A stretch of 63,879 bases of DNA, counting the filler, from Stramenopiles sp. TOSAG23-2 (Eukaryota): NCBI GenBank assembly GCA_900128395.1. It is 3 parts of 3 records of this genome, joined end to end, with 100 filler letters (N's around TTAATTAATTAA, not from the genome) between each part and the next. Parts side by side here need not be neighbours in the genome. Positions count along the whole stretch, not along the records: positions 23,394 to 46,624 come from LT649492.1; positions 46,725 to 63,879 come from LT649573.1; 1 more part is not named here. The stretch is one strand, 5' to 3'. The stretch's first letter is position 1, and each line of letters starts with the position of its first letter. The notes beneath the pieces are model-generated. The model had not been told where the DNA came from. It saw nothing but the letters and a program-made list of their open reading frames with translations, and made no database searches. A program made the translations under genes and the position numbers. Positions 42,007 through 52,296 of this stretch are shown here, piece after piece.

Positions 42007-42809
42007 GTAAACTAAAAATAGAAAAAAAATTTAGAAAATTGTATTTATAAAAAATTTAATATCGTATTCAAATAATGGTACGATACTATATGTAAATAAT
42101 GGTACGATACTATATTGTTACGTATATATAATTATTACTTTGGAAAAAGAATATTTATTGTTTATTGTTCTTGTCTATATGAATTTTTATATCTTTATCT
42201 TTTCAATCTATATCAATTTCTATTCACTTGAAGAACTTTCTTCGTCCTATCTTAATCATCTATGTCCTAAACTTTTCAAGTCCTATAAATTTAGTAGTGC
42301 AAAAAATAATCGTCCTCCTCTCCTCCTTTTTTTTGCAACGTGTTCTTGAACGCACCTTTCCCATGGTACAGTACCAGGTACATACCACTGGTGGTAAAAA
42401 AAAAAATAGAGCTCTGGCCAACTGTGCCAACACGATGTACTTTGTCATAGGTCGGTTACAGATTTAGAATTTTAAGGTGTATTATTTGTTTTTAAATATA
42501 TAAATATTGACTAGCATACTACCACCAGGTAAGCAGCCACTATTTTACTTTCCCTAAGTTTAAGGACTAAGTGTTCATTATAATATCTTCTCTATCTCTT
42601 CGTTATAGTATTAGTATCTTGGTATATGGATATGGACGAAAGCTATAAATATATATATCTTTGTAGCACTACTACTAAACATATATTTGAATAAATGCAA
42701 ACTGGCATATAGGTGATTTTATGAATATACAACAATATAATTTATACAACACAAAAATAATATAAATAAATTATATCACAACAACAATCGCACGAAAAGA
42801 ATCAAAAAG

Positions 42810-44513
42810 ATGTCGCGAATCAAACCGTTTTCCAAAATGACAATGAAACAAAAATTGTTCGTTGTGGTTATACCATTAATATTTGCAATTTATACACCAA
42901 TAGCAGAAATCATTGCTTTTGTCAACTTGGCCCAAAAAACGGATCTGTTAACCAGCTCTTTATCGGATACATTGGTAGTAAATTCGAATTGGGATTCTAA
43001 TCCTATTACTGATGTAAAGCTTGCAGTTGCATGTCCATCTGGTTATTCGGAACTTGGTAAAAAACCTGCAAATGTTGAGGTTAAAGACTTACGCAATATG
43101 GGTGTTACCGGTGTTTGGCCTGGTGCAAAAGCAATGTGTAAATGTGGTAAAACAACTGATACGTCAACATTATCTTGCACAACAAATAAAGATCCGTCGT
43201 CGCCAAAAGCGCCTGGTTGTAAATTTACAAAAAGTAAAGATGGAAAGAATACAACTGTGATATTTCAAGATATCGTTTCGAAATGTACCGCCGATATGAA
43301 AAGTGCTGGTTGTACAGATATCAACAATGAAGGGGAAAAGATTTTAACAAAAATACCTGATGTAGGAGCTGGGACAACAATGACGGAGATTCAACAAAAA
43401 GGGTACAATTACAAGTCAGGAAAATCAATTTGCATCAAAAGAAATTTAAACGTGAAATATTCAGATTTAGCTACCGTCGATACCAATCAAACAGATGTCA
43501 ATAAACAATGTGGAGCTGATACAACAAAATGTGGTGGAATCTGTTATCCAAAAAAAGAAGGGACTTGTCCATTAAGATCATTTTCCATACAATACAATGT
43601 GCAAGCAAAAACGTATAACATTAAACTTGAGCCGCTAAGTGATATCACTGACGGTGAACCGTTGGTCAGTGTTGCAATATCAGCTGGAATTCCATGTTTT
43701 GGAAAACCATTGACTGCTGATGGGTTTGCCAAACCAATCATTCAAGGAGCACCAAACAATGAAGCATTTGAAAGTGCAGCTGGTGCATGTAAAAGGAAAG
43801 ATACAAGATTTGATATGGCTGGAACCATCGCGCAATTTGATTTCTTTAATACTAATGAAATTGGTAATCCAACTGGGATCACAGTTACAAATGACAAAAA
43901 TTACGAAGCATATAATACATATGACAAAGGGGCATGGACATTGTATACACAAGAAGGTATTCAATGGTCGGCGAAATGCAAACATACAAAAGCGGATCTT
44001 GTTGGAGTAAGTGGCAAAGTACAAACGATTAAAGGTGCTCAAGAAGGTGCCTATGTGGTTCAACTAATCTTTGGACTTTTCATTTTAGGGCTTTTCTTCC
44101 CAATTATGGCTGGTTTGCAAGTGTTTGAAAAAGATCAAGATTTAATGTGTATTCCTGGTGAAGGTCTTGAAGAAAAGAGAAATCTTGGAATATGCAAAAG
44201 TGTGTGTTCCTTCATTGCAATCTTGTTGAAATTGATTTTTATTGGCATGGCATCTGGCGCAACACAACCAGTCTATGAAATTTATGATGGAACTGGGGAC
44301 TGTGCAATGGATGACTTGACAAAGGAAACAGTTAATTTCATAACGCCTACAGTGAAGAAGATTCATGAAGGTAACATTACTGCAATGAATTTAGCACTTG
44401 TATCTTTAGTCTTTTGCATTTTAAATTGGTTATACCAAGCATATAATGGTTGCAAAGTGGATAAAACATTAGCAGATGATGAAACTGAAGGTGTAGCACT
44501 TAGTGAAGTTTAA
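42810..44513 (+). CDS. Multi-pass membrane protein with large Cys-rich ectodomain (1 N-terminal + 3 C-terminal TM)
   Basis: 567-aa ORF; NWDSNPITDV..CPSGY..WPGAKAMCKC..ICIKR..CG..C..CP..IQWSAKC. Confidence 0.8.
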   Translation: MSRIKPFSKMTMKQKLFVVVIPLIFAIYTPIAEIIAFVNLAQKTDLLTSSLSDTLVVNSNWDSNPITDVKLAVACPSGYSELGKKPANVEVKDLRNMGVTGVWPGAKAMCKCGKTTDTSTLSCTTNKDPSSPKAPGCKFTKSKDGKNTTVIFQDIVSKCTADMKSAGCTDINNEGEKILTKIPDVGAGTTMTEIQQKGYNYKSGKSICIKRNLNVKYSDLATVDTNQTDVNKQCGADTTKCGGICYPKKEGTCPLRSFSIQYNVQAKTYNIKLEPLSDITDGEPLVSVAISAGIPCFGKPLTADGFAKPIIQGAPNNEAFESAAGACKRKDTRFDMAGTIAQFDFFNTNEIGNPTGITVTNDKNYEAYNTYDKGAWTLYTQEGIQWSAKCKHTKADLVGVSGKVQTIKGAQEGAYVVQLIFGLFILGLFFPIMAGLQVFEKDQDLMCIPGEGLEEKRNLGICKSVCSFIAILLKLIFIGMASGATQPVYEIYDGTGDCAMDDLTKETVNFITPTVKKIHEGNITAMNLALVSLVFCILNWLYQAYNGCKVDKTLADDETEGVALSEV

Positions 44514-45129
44514 ATATATACATTTAACTAAAGAAATATATATGAGAGTATATATATATATTATATGCAGTGTCAAGGCTGTAATATATTGTGCGATTGG
44601 TTGATGGATATGACAAAAGCAGCTTATAAATTTTACATTATTAGAATTATATAAAGCTGAAACAAAAAAGATGAGCAAAAGCCTTAAATAGGAACATACG
44701 TGTAAAAATTAAGTACTGTACAGTAAATTAATATCAACATAGCATTGATTTTTGTTATACAACCTTCCATATACTAACTAGTATACTACTCGTATTTTAA
44801 CCCTAATTCATTGTGCCCCTCTCGCCTTTTTTCGGCTCAAAGTTATATAAATATCCGTTCGGCATCTAACACATTTATTATATTTGATAAAATTACTATA
44901 ACTTAAAATAAAGAGTTAAGAAGATCTTTGATTTATTGTACTAAATACACTGATCATAAATAAATCATTCAATACAAGACGTTTTGTACAATATATTGTA
45001 GTACACGTATATACAACCTGATTACAAAATATAATTTCTATAATAATCACAATAACATCAGCATATATACGTTTTTAATAAGTAATAATCATTTAAATAT
45101 TATATATATATAATATAAACACAGCCATT

Positions 45130-46173
45130 ATGAGATTCTCACAGCCAAAGAAAGGTGGTGACCCAAGGGATATTATTAGTGATCGTGCTGGTGGTTTAGA
45201 TTTAGCAAACACAGCAGAAATGACAAAGTGGCGTTATATGATTGCACATGATGCGCAAATTGACTTGGAAAATATGAGAGGTCATATCCGTAGGTTTAAA
45301 AAAGCGGGAGAGTTAAGCGAAGATGATTTATTAATCAAAGATGACAAATTAAATAAACACATAACGAATGAAGCAATATTAGCAGGTGGACCAAATGCAA
45401 AGGTATTTCCAAAACTAGGACTTGGACAAAGAATTCCAAAAATGTTCAAATCATTGACGCCGCAGGAACATGAAAAAATGTTAAAAACAGTAAAAGAAGT
45501 CAAGGTGATCAAAGGTGAAAAGTTGTCACAAAAGCACTTGAAAGCGAGAATGTTAAAAATGGAGAGAACGTTGAAAACAATTAGACGAGCCAGAAAAAGT
45601 GCAGAGAGCGATTTACATCAACTACAACGTACGTTAAATCTACCTTTATCTCCGGTAGTTAAAATATCAGCACCACCATCCAGAGCTAGTTCAAGGTCTA
45701 GCTTAAGATCCATGAAAAATAATAGTAATAGTAACAATGGGAATAATAACAGTAAGATGAATAAAAGTATTAGTGTGCCAAATATACGGTCCCGTACATC
45801 TACACCAAAAAGACGAAAACAAAAAGATAAAATAATTAAAAAACGTGTTTGGAATAAAAAAACACAAGTTTGGGAAATAAGGCCAGTACGAATGGCATAT
45901 GGTTTACCAGATACAAAAGAATCATTTCGTAGTCAAAATATTTCGAATCTATTTATTGCTGGAGATCATCGTGGTATGGTATCAACTAATCAGATTGGCC
46001 TCATAGCTGCTAGTGATTTATTAAGAAAAGGTTTGGTTGATCCAAATATGTATATGAAATTGTTTGAATTTGATAAAAGTCAAAGATGCCCAAAGATAAT
46101 GTCCCCGGTAACTAAATTTGCTGAACATGCTGTTAAAAACCGATTAAAGCCATTTGCACTTGGGCGTGGTTAG
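45130..46173 (+). CDS. Hypothetical basic protein with coiled coil
   Basis: 347-aa ORF with normal codon composition; no family recognised. Confidence 0.7.
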   Translation: MRFSQPKKGGDPRDIISDRAGGLDLANTAEMTKWRYMIAHDAQIDLENMRGHIRRFKKAGELSEDDLLIKDDKLNKHITNEAILAGGPNAKVFPKLGLGQRIPKMFKSLTPQEHEKMLKTVKEVKVIKGEKLSQKHLKARMLKMERTLKTIRRARKSAESDLHQLQRTLNLPLSPVVKISAPPSRASSRSSLRSMKNNSNSNNGNNNSKMNKSISVPNIRSRTSTPKRRKQKDKIIKKRVWNKKTQVWEIRPVRMAYGLPDTKESFRSQNISNLFIAGDHRGMVSTNQIGLIAASDLLRKGLVDPNMYMKLFEFDKSQRCPKIMSPVTKFAEHAVKNRLKPFALGRG

Positions 46174-46516
46174 AAAAAGAAGCACTTATTATATGTGTAC
46201 GTAAGAATGGTGTTTTAAAACATTAAAAATAAAAATTAAAACAAACAATTTTTTTTAAAAATATTTCTTTTATATATATACGGGGTTCATATAACACTAT
46301 AAATATTATCTTTAAAAAAAAATATAATGCATTTAAATATTTTTTATATTTAATATATTATTAAAAATAAGAATTATTCGTATGATATGCAAGATCGACT
46401 CTCAAATGAACAAACGTTAAATGCCAATATCGACATATTTTCACACCACAATATACACATTCCGCTGTTAAATTGTCAATATTTAACACAACGGTTCCTG
46501 AAATATTTTTTCGGTA

Positions 46517-46624
46517 TTATGATATTAATGGTAAATCTTTTGCATGTGCTGGTGGAGCCTTTGCAAATCTCATGGTTGGATACATACGTTGCAAATCATT
46601 TATAGAAAATTGCATATCTTGTAT
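46517..46624 (-). CDS. Possible terminal exon truncated by the linker (perhaps the end of the WW gene)
   Basis: Open frame IQDMQFSINDLQRMYPTMRFAKAPPAHAKDLPLIS* running out of the gap, on the same strand as 46740-48563. Confidence 0.35.
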   Translation of the reverse strand: MQDMQFSINDLQRMYPTMRFAKAPPAHAKDLPLIS

Positions 46625-46724
46625 NNNNNNNNNNNNNNNNNNNNNNNNNNNNNNNNNNNNNNNNNNNNTTAATTAATTAANNNNNNNNNNNNNNNNNNNN
46701 NNNNNNNNNNNNNNNNNNNNNNNN
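46625..46724. other. Artificial contig linker (44 N + TTAATTAATTAA + 44 N)
   Basis: Same structure as 23294-23393. Confidence 0.95.
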
Positions 46725-46739
46725 CTCGCGTACAAAAAT

Positions 46740-48563
46740 CTACGCATACCCATTCTGTGTGGATACATAATAATTTTCAGCTAATTCCAATACTTTCAAT
46801 TCACTTAATTCTTCCACATCATTTTCTAAGCCTTCAATTGTTTCTTGTTGCATTGAAAATCGTGCCATCCATTTATTACGTTCAGTTGTATGTTCCTCCG
46901 CTAATTGTTTAAATTGCTCTTCACGTTCATCACTTAATGATTTATAATGATCCGCCATTACTTTTAATTCTTCATATTTTTCCAAACTAACAATATTTGC
47001 ACCTTTTAATTTACGATTGAATTCTTGCATTTTAACTTTTTGTTCAGCAATTAAACGATTACATTCTTGTGTAAGTCTTTCCACTTGAATTTTTAACCTA
47101 TTGTTTTCATTTTGCAATTTACGCATATCTCGATTATCTTTACTGCTGGGAGAGGAATCCTTCTTTTTCTTATTATTATCATTATCGTTATTCTCATTTG
47201 CTTCTTCCAATGCATCTTTCAAATTTTTCTTCTCCAGCTCCAATTGTTCAATTTGCGAATATAATGAATCAATTGTATTTACAGTTGTATCATCAAGTGA
47301 TGATGCATTTGATGGAATGGATGATACATTACGTAATATTGTATTCTCATTTTTATTGTTGTTATTGTTATTACTATCCTCTTCCAATTCTGACAATTGA
47401 AGTTTATCCTTACTTTTACTTTGTACTAATGCAACTGCAACTTCTAATTGTTCTTGTACTTTTTGTTTTTCTTGTTCTAACAATGCTTGTAATTCTTTTA
47501 CTGCCTTTTCCGCTGCACGTCTTCGTTTTTTCTCCTCTTTAATTGCTGCTTTATATGCATTTAAATCACGTGTTGTTTTCTTTACTGTTTTATTGACTTC
47601 TATTACTTCTTCTTTTTGATGGATATGTAGAAACTTCACCCATTTTTCAAATCCCCAACGTATTTGATTGGATAATTTTGCTTTCACTTTTTGTAAACTT
47701 TTCGTTGCCATTTTACGTACCAATGCATCTTTTTCTTTTTTCGCTCGTCGCCATGCATCTACTTCCATACGTGCTAATGCTAATTCTGATTTTGCATTGT
47801 TTAATTTTATTTTATTTTCACTTTGCTTCAATTTATCTTCCATTTGTTTTTGTTGTTGCTCCGCTAATATATGTACACTATTAATTTGCCATTTTTTAAA
47901 CCAACGACCAATTGTTTTCTTTTTCCATTCCGTTAATACACGTTTTGCACGATTCAATTGTCTTGCTCCAGTTTCTAAAATAGCTTTAACATCATCACTT
48001 ACTTCCATATCATCATCAGTGCCTAAGTAATTGTTGTTGTTGTTATTATTACTATTATTATTATCAGTATTATATACATTATCCATATCATCTGAATTTT
48101 TTACTGGTGTTATCGATTCTGCAAGTTTTCTTGCACGTGCCAATGCTTCTTGGTATTTACTTTTATTCAATGAAAATGACGATAGTGATTTTTTCCTAGG
48201 TGATGGTGTTGAAGGTTTTGTACTGTTATCTTTATCATTTGTTATACCACTATTTCTACGTGCTTTTGCTAATAAACCTTTAATAACTGCATTTGATTTA
48301 TTAACTGCATCGTTACTACTATCACCACTATTTTTCACAACGCCACGTAATGCACCCCAACGTAATTTTGTTTTCGATGGTGTGGTTTTCTTCTCTTCTT
48401 CATTTGTAATATTTGTTGCCGATTTAGATGTAGCACTTTGTATATTACTAGAAGATGGTTTTGTCCATGATACTTTCCCAGTTGCTTTATTAATATAATA
48501 TAAACGTGAATTTGCACCTGGTGTTTTACACTCTAACCATAACTCGTCGTTATTATTGGACAT
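46740..48563 (-). CDS. WW-domain coiled-coil protein (3' end probably spliced or truncated at the linker)
   Basis: WLECKTP..RLYYINKATGKVSWTKP; long coiled coils; RWFKKW and WGFEKW motifs. Possible GTATGC donor just before the stop. Confidence 0.8.
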   Translation of the reverse strand: MSNNNDELWLECKTPGANSRLYYINKATGKVSWTKPSSSNIQSATSKSATNITNEEEKKTTPSKTKLRWGALRGVVKNSGDSSNDAVNKSNAVIKGLLAKARRNSGITNDKDNSTKPSTPSPRKKSLSSFSLNKSKYQEALARARKLAESITPVKNSDDMDNVYNTDNNNSNNNNNNNYLGTDDDMEVSDDVKAILETGARQLNRAKRVLTEWKKKTIGRWFKKWQINSVHILAEQQQKQMEDKLKQSENKIKLNNAKSELALARMEVDAWRRAKKEKDALVRKMATKSLQKVKAKLSNQIRWGFEKWVKFLHIHQKEEVIEVNKTVKKTTRDLNAYKAAIKEEKKRRRAAEKAVKELQALLEQEKQKVQEQLEVAVALVQSKSKDKLQLSELEEDSNNNNNNKNENTILRNVSSIPSNASSLDDTTVNTIDSLYSQIEQLELEKKNLKDALEEANENNDNDNNKKKKDSSPSSKDNRDMRKLQNENNRLKIQVERLTQECNRLIAEQKVKMQEFNRKLKGANIVSLEKYEELKVMADHYKSLSDEREEQFKQLAEEHTTERNKWMARFSMQQETIEGLENDVEELSELKVLELAENYYVSTQNGYA

Positions 48564-50083
48564 GGTTAATAATGATTATACTGACAATTGTATAATTATA
48601 TATATATACAGAGAGAAAGAGAGAGAGAGCAAAAGCTATATTATGTTACAATGAAATAAACACAAAGATCGTATTCGTACAACAATGTTATCATATATAT
48701 ATATATATATGTTTATTAAAGACATACGCGCACACAACTATCACTATATGTATATATATACTGTATTAAATAATATAAAATAAAAAATAATTGAAAAAAT
48801 GGATCCAAAAAAATGTTGTAAATGTTTATTTCAACGACAAATATTAGTCCATAATTTCTTCTTGAATTGTAGCAGCTTTTTCTAAACTGAGCAGCTCTTT
48901 GTAAATGTTTCTTGTTTTGTCAACGAATTACTATTGACCTCTAAAGGCCACTGAGAGTCCGTATCTCCATGCTGCAACGCCGGCAACGCACTAGAAATTG
49001 ACTCCAGGTCACTCCAATCTGCCGGCGACATTGGCGTGTTGGCCACCAGATGTTTCGCCTTCACAACCTCCAAATCTGCTACAGTAGGATGTCTTGGTAG
49101 AATCCTGGGAAATTTCATGTTAGAATTAGCTTGGAAATTTGACAAAATTAAACATGTTGGAAATAATTTACGAGTAAAAACAATAACTCAACACATATCT
49201 GCCTGGTTTTACTCGTGCCACATTTTTCAATAAAAATTGACTATAATACATTTTTCCTTTTACAACATTACTTCTTTCAAATGCAATAAGTTGCTTTATA
49301 TATAGTTGAAAATTTGATGTGATTGATGTTCCAAGAAGACGTGTAAAAAGTATAGCAGCAAAGAAACCGTTAGACATGTTAGACAGGACTAAACTCATAC
49401 AAACTGTTCGAAATGCTTGTGACGCATTAAAAAAACAGAATAGTTATGTGGGTGGGTGTTTCCATCCACATTTTTGCTAAACTGCTGGTCAGCCAACCGC
49501 TTTTATCAACTGGACAGCCTTACACAGGTTCCAATAGGCCAGGGCCTTGGTGACCGCAGCTGGATTTGGGCGGTTTTGTTCTGAGGGCGGAAGGATCCAG
49601 TTGTGCAGATGCGCATACTGCCTCCAGTTCTGGACCAAATCCCAAACCACCTTCCACTGATGATTATGTTTTTTCCCGGTGTACCAAGTGTACAGCACAG
49701 TGTACATACATTTGTCCCCTTCCATATTCGTGAAAAGGGTTCTTTATTATATATGGACATAGCATTGTTATAAATTTGTCATTTGTCATACATTATTACC
49801 ATTGCATACCACGCTTGAGATTAGCAGTATCCCAGCATTAGAAATAATATCCATCATTGCTATATATATAATTACCAGGGATTAGGTCGACCTCCTCTTT
49901 TTTTGATTAACTTACAACATTTTTTTCCCATAGTAAATAGTTATAAATTTATCATCCACCCAGAAGAATATATATATAATATCTATATCTATGTATACAA
50001 AAAATTAGTGATAACAACAAACTTCTTCCATCATGTATGAATATAGAAAAAAGAGACAAAGCGAACAATCATAAAACAAAAAC

Positions 50084-50358
50084 ATGCAATCGAAGTATAT
50101 GAAATTTAACAACCCCAATGGGTTTGAAGGAGATGTCTCCGATGATGCGACGATGGAACAACAATCATGGATACAAGCATATTTTTTATCTAGACCAGAA
50201 TCGATGTTTTATTGTCGTGTCGATGAAAGTTATATTAAAGACCCGTTTAATTTATATGATTTAAGAGAGAAAATGAATATAGATAATAGTAGATTCCGTC
50301 GCTTAATACATATTATAACATCTTCACGTCGTGTAGAAGATATTGCAAAAACATATTA

Positions 50359-50390
<32 letters not shown>

Positions 50391-51604
50391 ACAATAATAA
50401 TAATCATAAAAGTAGCAATAAAAATATTGGAAGTAGAACCTCTTCATCAAATAACAAAAATAATAATAATAATTATCAAGATTTACGTGTTGTAAGTGAT
50501 AATAATAATAAAACAACGCACAAGATTGGAATTGGTAAGACAAATAATCACCATCGTCGAAGTGGTGAGGGTAAAAATAACAATTCAAGCAAAAGTCGCA
50601 ACAATAAAAACGATGCGAAGAAGCTTTTAAAAAAAAGTGGCTCTTCCTCCACCTCTTCCTCACGCAACAATAATAGTAACATGCAACGTCGTAGTCGTGA
50701 TGAAGTTATAAAAAAATTAATGAAAGAGTGTAGAAAATTGTATGGTTTGATTCATGCACGTTTTATTTGTACAAATCGTGGTCTTGAATACATGCGTATG
50801 AAATATGAAAATGGCGATTTTGGACGCTGTCGTTCCGCGAATTGCAAAAATTTCAAATTGGTACCAATAGGTGCATCAAGTGATTATGGTAAAGATAAAG
50901 TCAAAGTATATTGCGATTGTTGCCGTAGAATATATCGACCAAAATCACAATGTCAAAAAGAAGATGGCGCATATTGGGGTACTACATTTGCACATTTGTT
51001 TTTTCTAGAAAATCCAATAAAAGATAAACCAAAGCAAAAAATTCATGTGCCAAAAGTTTATGGCTTTAAAGTCCATCGCGTAGAAGATGATACGAAAGAA
51101 TTTGAAAAAGAAACGTTGATTCAGAAAAAAGATTTGGAAATACAAAAATTAGTGCTAGAAAATAGAAAGTTAAAAAATGAGCTTCAAGTGTTAAGACAGG
51201 AAAATATGGCAAGAATTGGAGGATATTCAAGCAGTGGTAGTAACGGGACGATGATGTTAAATAGTGGTATGTTGTCTCATGCAGGCAGTATCAGTACGAC
51301 AGATGGTGCAGGTTCACTTTCCGATGCGGATAATACCAATATACATAACAATAATAACAATGGTATTTCAAATAATATGATGAAAGTTGCTGGTTATAAC
51401 ATCAATAATAATAGTAATAATAATAAGTCATCCAATCATAGTCGAAAACGTCAAACTCCATCATCATCTTCCACTACGCAACGAAATAGTAGAGGCAAAC
51501 ATATGCAGCAACAAAGTTTGCTTTTAGCACCTGGAATTGCCAATACAGTTGCAAATAATAGTTCAAAACGGAGAAAAACTGTTCGTCACCATGCTTTAGT
51601 TTAA
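50084..51604 (+). CDS. CSNK2B: Casein kinase II regulatory (beta) subunit, divergent
   Basis: SWI..F..YCRVDESYIKDPFNLYDL, LYGLIHARFI, DFGRC...C, VKVYCDCC, DGAYWGTTFAHLF and PKVYGFKVH. Confidence 0.9.
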
Positions 51605-52296
51605 TCCATTGATGTGTTTGTTGTGAACAATCTTTACTCTTCGATTTATTGCAACTTTTTCCAACTTGGCAAAAAAATAAAAAAGAGAGGAGAGTGCATC
51701 AGCAGGTGTAAAAGTGTGAGGGTACACAGTAGAATACATCTTAATACCCTAGTAAAAATTAAAATAGTAAAAATAGTAAAAAAATTAAAATAGTTTTTAA
51801 TTTGGTAAAAATGTTAATGTACAAAAGGTGCAAAATGCGGGGATTATTGTATTACACCTACAGCAGCTTTTTTCCTCATTATCTGTGTTACGCATATCAC
51901 TCTTTACTACACTGTACACTGTACATATATTAATATTAGAATGAATACTATTAGTTCAATATACTAGTATTTAATAGAGTAATATTATTAAAACACACTT
52001 CTTATTGCCGCCATAAATATCAAAAAAGGTATATTTAATGATGCAAAAATTGCAAAAAGGCAACAAAAAAATATGCATGACCAATTTTAAAAGGAGGAGG
52101 AAGGAGGCCGAAAAAAGGAGGGCGGAACGAAAAAAAATAAAAACAACATATAACAAAAACATCTTCATTATTATCATACATGATTAGAATTATATCTATC
52201 AACATAAACTTTACATTTAACCACGCATTTATATATATATAACTAGTTGTTGTTGAAAGTAGATCAAGGTGTTGCTACTTACTAACACACAACATT

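Noticed and set aside
42070-42115. 24-bp tandem duplication; also ACAGACT repeats at ~11545-11580
   Set aside because: Ordinary slippage repeats with no further structure.
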